This document shows positions 51,086 to 63,900 of a stretch of 64,000 nt of DNA, piece by piece. The stretch lies in contig CM074525.1 in assembly GCA_037379345.1 (NCBI GenBank), positions 13,321,275 through 13,385,274 of the forward strand, given 5' to 3'. Position 1 is the stretch's first letter. Each line of letters begins with the position of its first letter. The translations under genes and the position numbers were made by a program. This stretch comes from Perna viridis. Lineage: Eukaryota. The notes below the pieces were generated by a model. The model made no database searches. It saw only the letters and a list, made by a program, of their open reading frames with translations, and had not been told where the DNA came from.

Positions 51086-53821
51086 TTAGAATGTTATTCT
51101 TAATCATGTATTAAAACAGACGGATAGTGCACGTGTCTACCGTGAGTTCGACAGACGGGTTTGTGATACACGAGTTGGACAGACGGGCGTTATGTATCAT
51201 GTGTTGAACAGAAGGATATTATCAAATATGTGTTTGACAGACGGTTTTCTGTCACATGTTTTTGATATACGGGTATCTTTCATGTGTTGGACAGATGAGT
51301 ATTGTGTTATGTTTTCGTCAGATGGGTATTTTTTTACTTTGTTTTGAACAGACGGGTATTGTATTATATGTTTTGAACAGACGGGTACTTTTTAACACAG
51401 GTTTGACAAACTTGTACTGTGTATGTTTTGGAGAGACCGGCGTTGTATCGCATGTATTAATCACATGTATATGACAATCTGGTATTATGATGCACTTGTC
51501 GAAAGACACGTTGTATCACTCATGTTTAAAACAGACAGGTGCATGTCGTTTGCTGCATGTACTTAACTTACCTGCAGCGTGGTTTTTGTATTAAATAGAC
51601 GGATATTGTTTTTTTTTCTTCTGTTTTTACAGTTATGTGTAACATTTACTGTTTTTTTTTTTTTTTTGTTATGTGATTTATAAGACAGACGTGTATTGTG
51701 GTTAATGAAGACAAACGATTATTGAGTTCAATTTGTCAGACAGACGTTTATAAGGCAAATGAGATCATCCTATGCCATGTTGTGATGACTTTGTGTAACA
51801 GAAAGGTAAGTTAAATGACTCTGATATTGTGTGACCTATGTGCATTAGGCAGATAAATGAAATGACCCTTGATCATTTGTGATTTAAGTACTCAAGGCGA
51901 ATGAAATGACTACCTTACTATGTGTTGAACAAATAAATAATTAAATAACTTTACATACTGGATTCATTTTTACGTGTATTTAACAGACGGACGGACAGAT
52001 GCTTATAACAGACCAATTAGAAAGTACATATTAATCTCTAGAGCTCTGGTCCTAATTGTATGGTGTACAGATGGTACAGACAAATAACTAAACATTTATC
52101 CATACTGGGTTCATTTTTATACGTATTTAACAGGCGGACAGACAGGTGTATATAACAGGTCAAGTAGACACTGCATTTGAACCCCTAGGGCTTTAGTCCC
52201 TTGTTAGTGTATGTTATAACAGATGGTGCAGACAAATAACTAAACATCTCTGCATATCTGGGTTCACTTTTATATGTATTTAACAGACAGACAGACAGGT
52301 GTATATAACATGTCAATTAGACAATGCTTATCAACCCCTAGAGCACTGGTCCTTTGTGTGTTGAAGGCGTACAAATAGAAGTGCCTTGAAAGTGCGAGTT
52401 AAGTATAGTTCATACTAAGAATCATGCAAAACAGTCAATAAGTGAATAAAGTATACGTATATTTCCTATTAAATTTGTACACAATGTAACACTATACTAC
52501 AAGGCTAGTTATCATAGATATTAACGTCTGCATGATTTTTAAATAGAGCAATACTTTAACGTCAAAGCACTGATGATAACTAAAAGAAATTAATTAATTG
52601 GTGACATTTTAATTACAAAAAGAACACACAATAATCAATGTAGCTTTGTAGAAACTTCACAAATAAAATTAATGAAGAATATTCACAATAATAATCTACA
52701 ATTGTGTAGAAGTGAAATCATCCATTTTTGTTTTATTAAAACAGAAGTTACAAAGTTCATTAAAAAGAGCTATTTACAATGAAAAAGTTTGATAATGAAA
52801 TAAATATAAACTACAACAGAATTATAAATCACCAACAGTGAAAGGTCATAAGAGATTTCCACATTTCTTATCCTTCCATTGTTGTATGACTACTTCCACA
52901 CAATTTTTACAAACACATTATTTCTCAAATAAAAATAATGTAAATTTTCTAATTCAGTTGAGCTGAATAAAGCAAGTTCCACACAACAAATGTTAAAAAC
53001 AAAATGCGTAAAAAAATAATAGAAAATCAAAACATTTATGTAATTCAATCACCAAAAGAACTCAAGGAAATTTGAAAATACAACTTTTTTCAACAAATCA
53101 TAAAAATACCTTCATTTTCTGGTTCAATGAAATGAACTGAGTAAAACAAGACCCCGAAGATAATGTCAAATATCAGATATAAAAATATTACACCAAAAAG
53201 TAATCATGGGATAATTAGTAAATTGAGTTATAATATTTGCACACGGTGTGATTGTCAAAAAATATTAAAAAAACAAAAACTGAACTGCGTATTAAAGTCG
53301 CAAATTATTTTTTTATTACATATCTTAACAGTGAGAAGAAAATAGAAAAGAATAGAATCAAAGGAAAACCAATGGTAATGGGAGTGTGTGGTAACCATCC
53401 TCCTGACGCCTCTTATCGGTGGAAGCATTGTAACGTCTTACAATCGTTGCACGACGAAACGCCATAGAACAGTCCGGAAAACGTTTTTGAGAAACCGTCT
53501 GCAACTCTCTCGTTCCCTACGTACTTTTTACTTTATCCTGACGTAACAACTTGTGACTTCATAGACGATTAATCGACAGACTTTCCGCCACAGCAGATGC
53601 TGTCAAGCGGACAAATATTCCAACAAAATTATACTGAAAAAAGGTTTCATAACCGAGGCAAGTTCGTTATATTTTTGAAATTAATCATCTTCAGTATATA
53701 TTTTACAATATTCAATTTTCACTTATTATGAAAGAATGAACCACATCACAATGGCAAACATTTCAATCATAAAAAAGTATTGTTTATCGTGATTTACCGT
53801 TCAAGGTTTCTGACCTATCGG

Positions 53822-54130
53822 TCAATACTTAGAATATCCTACTCTGAATGCTTCTAGAATTTCAGTTATAGGAGTAGCAATGCATCCTCGAAAATCTGGA
53901 TGTGAACCAATCAGCATCCCTATACAACCTTTTCTCGTCGGATCGTTTGCATAGATACTGGATCCCGAATCCCCGAGCTGTGAATGGATGTTAGTTATAT
54001 TCAATTGTCCAAACATTCTTCGCTTGATCCTAAATAACTTATCCTCATATTTATGAAGAAGTAATTCCTGTAGATGGACATTTCCAATAATGGCGGAGCA
54101 GTGTGGAAAGGTCCAACCCTTATGAACTAC
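53822..54130 (-). CDS. C-terminal fragment of a trypsin-like (PA clan) serine protease domain
   Basis: SQLGDSGSSIY...CIGMLIG...IATPITEILEAF; the open frame extends upstream of the listed Met; His and Asp segments not seen. Confidence 0.55.
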   Translation of the reverse strand, partial: VVHKGWTFPHCSAIIGNVHLQELLLHKYEDKLFRIKRRMFGQLNITNIHSQLGDSGSSIYANDPTRKGCIGMLIGSHPDFRGCIATPITEILEAFRVGYSKY

Positions 54131-54470
54131 TTAATCTGTTTGGTGATATATTAGAGGGCGGATAAAATTGAAGGAAGCATGCTCTTGTTCTTGAGTTAAT
54201 TTGTGATGTCATGCTTTAAGTAATTACATGTACCTACCATGGCATAGCATTGATAATATACAACTGTTTTCTTCTATTGCTTTCCAGCAAACATAAATAT
54301 ATTAGAGTCGATAATCATTTTGTCGATAATCTCTTTATTCAGTGTAAGGTTTTAAGAAAGGCTTCAGGTATCATTGTGTTTTGGATCTAATCAGCGTGCA
54401 ACACAAAATAACTTGAATGAAAAAGACAATTTACGATATCTAAAAACTATCTGTAGCAGGAGCTTTTCAA

Positions 54471-54822
54471 ATGGAGACGATATTGCGTAAATCAAGAACA
54501 GCAGTGTTTTTGCCGCTGGCACGAAATTTATTTATTTTCCTGAGCTGGTTAATTCATTACATACATTCATATAAGTTCAACGACGCATCTTTTGTCTTGA
54601 AAAAACCTCCATGTTATGCAGAACTCCCAATTTACAGTATAACGGTTGTAACCTCAAGGACAAGTTGTGCCATTATGTGTTTAAAAGATGAATTCAACTT
54701 TTGTGATAAGTTTCTGTGGGACCCTGTGGATGGAAAATGCATGCTGCATTCAAAAAGCAAGAAATCGTCATATACCGCTAAAATTGAAGTCGGTTGGAAA
54801 ATGTACAGAAGGATTACAAGAA
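54471..54822 (+). CDS. First exon of a secreted PAN/apple-domain protein
   Basis: ATG, hydrophobic signal-like stretch, SRTSCAIMCLKD...CDKFLWD...KCML, GWKMY, then phase-1 donor GTAAGT at 54823. Confidence 0.7.
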
Positions 54823-55564
54823 GTAAGTGAATGTTTCTCACTGAAAGACTTAAATCATAATAAACTGTAAAAAATACAACCAATGCGTGTATCATTTCCC
54901 TTATACAGAAAGTGTTCGGCGTTTTATACCTCTATACATAAATCTGAAACCATTCGATATTTTTCTAATCAAAATAATGAGGAATGATGTTTATTTTTAA
55001 ATGTCGTCTTATTTTGACAATCGGAGTTAGAAAAAAACATACTTGAACTATTATCAATAATTTATTACGACATAACAAATAAGTTGTGTTTTAAAAACCA
55101 AATCAGATGCTGATGTGATGTTGCCATATAAAAAAAGAAAGTTTAAAATACGGAATAAGAAACCATCGCGTTCGTCTTTTCCCTTCCAATCGTTTTCTAA
55201 TGGACGCAGACATGCAGTTTTTAAAACATTTAAGTACAGCTCTGCCATAAAACCATGCAGATGCTTATAAAGGGTTATTCATGCATTTCTTAATACCAAA
55301 TATTCCTTTTATTGCAATTTTTTCTGAAGGCCCCATAGAAACTGCATTGGAACATATACAACTGAAATAGTATGGGAACATTTCCCGCGAGAATATTTAC
55401 ACTATAACCAGTCAAAAAATATTTCACAATAAGTAGCAGATCGAAGATCACTAACATAGAGAGAGTTGTGTTGTAGGACCTAACAAATGTATTTACACAG
55501 TTTCATTGATTATCGTAAGACATGATGAGTCATCTCGCTTAGAATTCAGACAGAACTATACTTA

Positions 55565-56385
55565 AAGAGTAATCAAGGGAACCAAGCTTATAGCGGTAAT
55601 CAAAAGAATTTAATCCAGGGACAAAGACCAGACATGGAAAACAGACATACACAAACAAAGAACATAAAGTAACTACAATCATACATACAAAGTAACAAAA
55701 GTAAATGAGCAACTCGGACGCCACTAAAAACTGGGAGCATGGACCAGGTGCACCCGTAGGATAAGCGTCCTCTGCTTTTCTAGAAACACCCGCTGAGTTG
55801 CTCATAAAAAGTCAAGTCCGGGGTAGACAAACGAGGGAAGGAAAACTATGGCCCGTTGAATAAATCAGTTTTCATGGTGCTGATGGATACACCATAACGA
55901 TCCACGAGTTCATGATAACGACCATAAAACTTCTGTAGTGATGACTTCAATCTTGTAGCAACATAACCCTGTTCCAGAAGTTTATTTGTTGAAGTTCTAG
56001 GGCGATACAAAAAGTCTGTGTAGTTTCGGAAAGCTCTGGCATAACGTATGAGTTGTGATATGAACACTACATACGCAGGAGCCGACGGGATGTTGCCACA
56101 GATGAAAAGAAAGTTGACAATTCTGAATGAAAAGTCATCACGTTTGTCGTAAAGTTTGATCAATATTATTATATATGCTGTAACCAGTTTTTGGCAAGTG
56201 AGAAAAAACATAAATACATTTGATATAAAATCTTATTAACATACAAGAAAGCTACACATGAAGTGAATAGATATTTTTCTAAGCCAATCGACCTCTGAGA
56301 ACAAAAAAAAGTCACTAGTGATGAGAACATTTTTTTTCCACACCGGTCAAGCGGTATGAAAATTAAAGCCAAATTAGATAAACAA
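55565..56385 (-). mobile_element. Internally deleted Penelope-like element
   Basis: KLYDKRDDFSFRIVNF...YVVFISQLIRYAR...KFYGRYHELVDRY plus a full 3' end. Confidence 0.88.
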
Positions 56386-58009
56386 TTTTTTCCAATAGAA
56401 TGCAATAATTTCAATAATTAAATCATAGCCTGGTTACACCACAACTTTGTTACACTGGAGAAGATATCTGACTAGTTTCCTAAATGTTTTTCTTACAAAT
56501 TAATAATGGTGACTGTCAAATATATCATTTTAAAATAAAAAAGTATCCATCGTATTTGCTTTTGTATTTGAATTTTCTTTATTAGCGAACACAAAATTCC
56601 ATCATTTCTCTGCTATGTCATTTTCTGTAATTTTAACCCTGAGTTGTAGCTGCAATATTTTGTCAGCACACTTGCAGAAATATGTTTTGAATTTATCAGT
56701 AACGAAACCTACGTTGGTTTATACAAATCTTTGTATGTGGGATGTTGGTATTCTGAACCATAGTTTATATGTGTGTCTCGATTCGATTCAGAGTTTACAA
56801 ATAATGGTTTTTTATAGTATAGTTACAATATTTAATGATATAAAATTGATTAGATAGATATATTACTTTGAATTAAGTTCGTTCGTTATTAATTATATCA
56901 ATCACAAATCAATTGCAACAATGTGTGCATCTTTGTCAAATAAAGTACCTTTGAATTGATATTTATAAAATTTAAGAGCTGCACTGTCCAACTAATGAAA
57001 TACTGTTCGATTAAACAGATGCATTCTCCAAATGAAAAAAAAAATGTCAAATTTAACATTGCACGTGATCTTATCTCGCACAGACATGTCAAAGATGTTT
57101 AATTACTGTTGAGGTCTCGATGTCTACATTTAAATGGCAAGAATAGAAACGAGCACTTAGATCACATTGGAACTCTTATTTAGGTTTTCTGTACTATGTG
57201 AGAACGTCCTAATGTCTTGCAAGATTCCCTTTCTAGTAGAACACAATCTATGTGGCATTGGTTGTAGAAGTGTTATCGAATCAAGCGAGAAAGTAAAATG
57301 CAAGGTCTTGGAGTAAAAGTGTCATTCTTTAAATATCCTAAACAATGTTAACTTTGAACAAAGACTGAGATTCGATAACAAGAGTCTTAAAACAAAGGTC
57401 ATTTACATTAAGTAACCCTGAACAAAGCAAACAGTTTTACTGCAAAACGCTCCCTAGTTAAAGTATTTTGTCATTAGTTAATTTAATCAGAACCCTGGCT
57501 AGCAAAGCCTATTGTCAGTTATTGATGAAGGAAGACAGACTAACCCGAGAACAAAGTCCTCGAACGAGGAATAGAGGAGGTGTAAATAAATCATATAAGT
57601 AAGTGGTTGATTGTTGAAAGACTGGTCACAAAATCTAACAGCTACGATCTTCAAAGTCCAAAGAACTTAAAATTGGGGGTGATATTATTTATAAATAGGG
57701 ACAACTGAATAAAACAGATATAACACAAAAAGTAAAGAAATGTTTAACAGCTTGCGCCATAATCATGTGTACCAGTTATAAACAACTTGACAGGAAACCA
57801 TCAAAGACATGATAAAAACAAACAATGAGCAAGTTAAGAGTCAAGATGCTACTGGTTTGAAACAATCAGTATAAATAAATGAATTATAAATTTATGATTC
57901 ATTTATGAATACTTTTTATCATTTAAATATATTTATAAATACCTATTTTTGTCCACTTTGACTTGTCATAAAATTACCCATCTAAATAGTTCGGTGTGTA
58001 AGAGAATAT

Positions 58010-58440
58010 TTAGCAACTCGGCGGGTGTTTCGAGAAAAGCAGAGGACGCTTACCCTGCCGGTGCACCTGGTCCACGCTCCCAGTTTAAGTCAGTCTCATA
58101 TCTTGACATACACTTAGAAATCGATGGTAAAGGAAAACTATTGACCAAACTTTACATAGTTTTCCTCTCCTCGTTTGGCTACCCCGGACTTGACTTTTTA
58201 TGAGCAACTCGGCGGGTGTTTCTAGAAAAGCAGCTGACGCTTACCCTACCGGTGCACCTGGTCCATGCTCCCAATTTTTTTGTGGGGTCCGAGTTGCTCA
58301 TTTACTTTTGTTATTTTGTATGTATGATTTTAGTTACTTTATGTTCTTTGTTGTGTATGTCTGTTTTCCATGTCTGGTCTTTGTCCCTGGATTGCATTCG
58401 TTTGATTACCGCTATAACCTTGGTTTCCTTGATTACTCTT
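58010..58440 (+). mobile_element. Mini PLE with partial-tandem pLTR structure (mirror at about 62492-62921)
   Basis: Partial 3' motif, then a short RT piece (SYLDIHLEIDGKGKLLTKLY), then the full 3' end. Confidence 0.8.
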
Positions 58441-58561
58441 ACAAAAGATTAATATATAATACGTACAAAGCAACAAAAGTAATTCAGCAACTCGGACTCA
58501 ACAAACAGTTGAAATAATGCGTGTATCAAATTAAATATATATTTGCGCGTTAATCATAAAG

Positions 58562-59020
58562 TCCTACACTCTTATGGGTAGAAGTAAAGTACTAGCTATC
58601 CGACCTCACTGCTGGGTAAAGATATCCGACCACACTCTTATGGGTAGAAGTAAAGTACTAGCTATCCGACCTCACTGCCGGGGAAAGTAAAGTACTAGCA
58701 ATTCGAACACACTGGTGGATAGAAGTAAAGTACTAGCATTCCGACTACACTAGTGAGTAGAAGTAAAGTACTAGCTTTCCGACTACACTTGTGGGTAGAA
58801 GTAAAGTACTAGCATTCCGACTACACTGGAGGGTAGACGTAAAGAACTAGATACCCGACCACACTGGTGGGTAGAAGTAAAATACTAGACATATCTGACC
58901 ACACTGGTGGGTAGAAGTGAAGTACTAGCTCTCTGACCACACTGGTGGGCAAAAGTAAAATACTAGCTATATGACCACACTGGTGGGTAGAAGTGAAGTA
59001 CTAGCTATCCGAGCACACTA
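58562..59020. repeat. About 39-bp minisatellite (gggtagaagtaaagtactagctatccgaccacactggt); mirror at 61891-62365
   Basis: About 12 units per arm, with unit composition differing between arms. Confidence 0.92.
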
Positions 59021-60063
59021 GATATGATTTTTCGTCTTTCGATTTATTGGAATTTTTCCTTATGAATCACGAGATCATTTCGTGACATCTATCAACTCAG
59101 CTATAAAATGCTTGTATTATTCGAAAGCACATTTATTAAATTTGGCAAGAATATGTGTATTAGTGTATTCGTCCTGAATTTTTCTGGAATTAGAAATGAA
59201 TTGTGATATATATCTTCCCGGAAATTCATGTCAAAGTCGCCGTATTTTTTTTTTATTCTACTATGCCTCGTGAATTTCCAGATGTATATAGTTTCCTTAT
59301 CTTAATAAAATTCATTTGATGTATGTAAAAAATAAATCGATTAAGTGGAACAGGTCGGGCGAAATCGACATAGTACGTGTCCAACTTTCGTTTGACTTTT
59401 GTTTATAAACGCTCAAATGATCTTTTTTGTTAGATTCAAGATTAAGTTATAATACTCGATTTTTCTTTCACTTGTTCGCGATATTTAACCATGCCCATTC
59501 GTTACTTATTCATTGTATCGCTATGAATGCTTTAAATTTGTAATACAAGTGTGCATGATGCTGCATATTTCGTTGATCTATAAAGCACTGAAACTGCGTT
59601 GTGAAGGAAATTCCTTTTATTGGATTTACACGTCTATGTTCATAATGTCATGAATATCTTTAATATAGTTAATATATAGACAAACATGATTTCGTAGGTA
59701 AATTTCGCATAATACTGAAACCCTGCGTAATAAAGGTATTTGTAATCAATGGCTTGTCCATGTATGGAAAATAAGCCGTCAAAATCGTAAGAAATGTGAA
59801 ATAAGCAAATTTATTAAGAATATCTTAAGCTAAAAACTCATGTGATGCGTAACCTGTTTATATATCATCTATTTCTTCCAATGTTTCAAGAAAGAATTTC
59901 CAAAAAAGTGTCTGTTGATAGAAAATTGTGTTTGACTTAGATGTTGCTTATGGCATTGTTGTATTTCATGATTTGAAGTGCCTTAACTATCCTGAACAAC
60001 AAATTAAGATTGCGGGAAATTTTAAGTGTCATTTTTCCATAGTGCATTTCAACTGAATTTAAG

Positions 60064-60340
60064 TGGATCGTCATGGTGTACCCATCTGCACCATAAAAAA
60101 CGATTTATTCAACGGGTCATAGTTTTTCTTTCCTCGTTTGTCTGTCCCGGACTTGACATTTTATGAGCAACTCGGCGGGTGTTTCTAGATGTTTCTAGTT
60201 GAGTCCGAGATGCACATTTGCTTTTGTTACTTTGTATGTATGTTCTTTGTTGTCTATATATGTTTTCCCTGTCTGGTCTTTGTCTCTGGATTACATTCTC
60301 TTGACTATTGCTATAACCTTGATTCCCTTAATTACTCTTT
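60064..60340 (+). mobile_element. PLE 3' fragment in the palindrome spacer
   Basis: Matches the other PLE 3' ends but lacks the interior of the structured motif. Confidence 0.8.
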
Positions 60341-60905
60341 CTCATGAAAGTTTAATCCCTGTTAATTGCACCTTTAAAATCGTTATTACAAAGTGAAGTT
60401 TAAAACGAAAGCTGTTTGTGGAATATATATTACAATACAACATGATATCAACAAGCATGAACAAAATTGCATCTTTTCCGCTTAAGTATTAAAATATATT
60501 TCAAACCGTCATCAAGGCTTATACAGATTTTAACAGTAAGATGGTCGGTATTAAATCAAACATTGACTGTACTTACAGCCACCAAGGCTTATACAGATTT
60601 TAACAGTAAGATGGTCGGTATTAAATCATGCATTGACTGTACTTACATGCCGCCATATTGAACAAAAAATCCCTTGTATCATTGTTTGTTATGGTTGCCA
60701 AATTACCACCGTCTCCCTGACAAATAAGTTGCGAATTCATCCACGTTTTCTTCACTCTGTGTAGTTTGTAACAGGCATTACCTATAGAATGGTAATGGTA
60801 TCCCGTAATGTTACATGCTTCTGAAAGAATAAATTACGACATTCTGTTATACCAATATACATTTCCTTATGTTTGTCTTAATGACCTGTTTTCTAGTGTT
60901 TTCTG

Positions 60906-63900
60906 TTAATTTGTTGTTCAGGATAGTTAAGGCACTTCAAATCATGAAATACAACAATGCCATAAGCAACATCTAAGTCAGATACAATTTTCTATCAACA
61001 GACACTTTTTTGGAAATTCTTTCTTGAAACATTGGAAGAAATAGATGATATATAAACAGGTTACGCATCACATGAGTTTTTAGCTTAAGATATTCTTAAT
61101 AAATTTGCTTATTTCACATTTCTTACGATTTTGACGGCTTATTTTCCATATATGGACAAGCCATTGATTACAAATACCTTTATTACGCAGGGTTTCAGTA
61201 TTATGCGAAATTTACCTACGAAATCATGTTTGTCTATATATTAACTATATTAAAGATATTCATGACATTATGAACATAGACGTGTAAATCCAATAAAAGG
61301 AATTTCCTTCACAACGCAGTTTCAGTGCTTTATAGATCAACGAAATATGCAGCATCATGCACACTTGTATTACAAATTTAAAGCATTCATAGCGATACAA
61401 TGAATAAGTAACGAATGTGCATGGTTAAATGTGGCGAACAAGTGAAAGAAAAATCGAGTATTCTAACTTAATCTTGAATCTAACAAAAAAGATCATTTGA
61501 GCGTTTATAAACAAAAGTCAAACGAATGTTGGACACGTACTATGTCGATTTCGCCCGACCTGTTCCACTTAATCGATTTACTTTTTACATACATCAAATG
61601 CATTTTATGAAGATAAGGAAACTATATACTTCTGGAAATTCACGAGGCATAGTAGAATAAAAAAAATACGGCGACTTTGACATGAATTTCCGGGAAGATA
61701 TATATCACAATTCATTTCTAATTCCAGAAAAATTCAGGACGAATACACTAATACACATATTCTTGCCAAATTTAATAAATGTGCTTTCGAATAATACAAG
61801 CATTTTATAGCTGAGTTGATAGATGTCACGAAATGATCTCGTGATTCATAAGGAAAAATTCCAATAAATCGAAAGACGAAAAATCATATATAGTGTGCTC
61901 GGATGGCTAGACTTTATTTCTATTCACCTGTGTGGTCGGGTATCTAGTTATCTACGTCTACCCTCCAGTGTAGTCCGATGGCTAGTACTTCACTTCTACC
62001 CACCAGTGTGATCAGATAGCTAGTATTTTACTTTTGCCCACCAGTGTTGTCAGAGAGCTAGTACTTCACTTCTACCCACCAGTGTGGTCAGATATGTCTA
62101 GTATTTTACTTCTACCCACCAGTGTGGTCGGGTATCTAGTTCTTTACGTCTACCCTCCAGTGTAGTCGGAATGCTAGTACTTTACTTCTACCCACAAGTG
62201 TAGTCGGAAAGCTAGTACTTTACTTCTACTCACTAGTGTAGTCGGAATGCTAGTACTTTACTTCTATCCACCAGTGTGTTCGAATTGCTAGTATTTTACT
62301 TTACCCAGCAGTGAGGTCGGATAACTAGTACTTTACTTCTACCCATAAGAGTGTGGTCGGATATCTAGGACTTTATGATTAACGTGCAAATATATATATA
62401 ATTTGATACACGCATTATTTCAACTGTTTGTTGAGTCCGAGTTGCTGAATTACTTTTGTTGCTTTGTACGAACTATATATTAATCTTTTGTAAGAGTAAT
62501 CAATGAAACCAAGGTTATAGCGGTAATCAAAAGAATGCAATCCAGGGACAAAGACCAGACATGGAAAACAGACATACACAACAAAGAACATAAAGTAACT
62601 AAAATCATACATACAAAGTAACAAAAGTAAATGAGCAACTCGGACTCCACTAAAAACTGGGAGCATGGACCAGGTGCACCGGTAGGGTAAGCGTCCTCTG
62701 CTTTTTTAGAAACACCCGCCGAGTTGCTCATAAAAAGTCAAGTCCGGGGTAGACAAACGAGGAAAGGAAAACTATGTAAAGTTTGGTCAATAGTTTTCCT
62801 TTACCATCGATTTCTAAGTGTATGTCAAGATATGAGACTGACTTAAACTGGGAGCGTGGACCAGGTGCACCGGCAGGGTAAGCGTCCTCTGCTTTTCTCG
62901 AAACACCCGCCGAATTGCTAAATATTCTCTTACACACCGAACTATTTAGATGGGTAATTTTATGACAAGTCAAAGTGGACAAAAATAGGTATTTATAAAT
63001 ATATTTATATGATAAAAAGTATTCATAAATGAATCATAAATTTATAATTCATTTATTTATACTGATTGTTTCATACCAGTAGCATCTTGACTCTTAACTT
63101 GCTCATTGTTTGTTTTTAACATGTCTTTGATGGTTTCCTGTCAATTTGCTTATTACTATTACACATGATTATGGCGCAAGCTGTTAAATATTTCTTTACT
63201 TTCTGTGTTATATCTGTTTTATTCAGTTGTCCCTCTTCATAAATAATATCACCCCCAATTTTAAGTTCTTTGGACTTTGAAGATCGTAGCTGTTAGATTT
63301 TATGTGACCAGTTTTCCAACAATCACCCACTTACTAATATGATTTATTTACACCTCCTCTATTCCTCGTTCGAGGACTTTGTTCTCGGGTTAGTCTGTCT
63401 TCCTTCATCAATAACTGACAATAGGCTTTGCTAGCCAGGGTTCTGATTAAATTAACTAATGACAAAATACTTTAACTAGGGAGCGTTTTGCAGTAAAACT
63501 GTTTGCTTTGTTCAGGGTTACTTAATGTAAATAACCTTTGTTTTAAGACTCTTGTTATCGAATCTCAGTCTTTGTTCAAAGTTAACATTGTTTAGGATAT
63601 TTAAAGAATGACACTTTTACTTTCTCGCTTGATTCGATAGTACTTCTACAACCAATGCCACATAGATTGTGTTTTACTAGAAAGGGAATCTTGCAAGACA
63701 TTAGGACGTTCTCACATAGTACAGAAAACCTAAGTAAGAGTTCCAATGTGATCTAAGTGCTCGTTTCTATTCTTGTCATTTAAATGTAGACATCGAGACC
63801 TCAACAGTAATTAAACATCTTTGACATGTCTGTGCGAGATAAGATCACGTGCAATGTTAAATTTGACATTTTTTTTTCATTTGGAGAATGCATCTGTTTA

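Larger units (their letters stand above)
56912..60007. repeat. Left arm of large inverted duplication
   Basis: Reverse complement of 60906-64000. Confidence 0.95.

Noticed and set aside
58200-58517. Multi-copy small membrane protein family (MSNSAGVSRK...)
   Set aside because: The ORFs are translations of the PLE 3' non-coding end, and the frame differs among copies
58562-59020. CRISPR-like 39-bp repeats
   Set aside because: Contiguous minisatellite; the variable parts are short and related to each other
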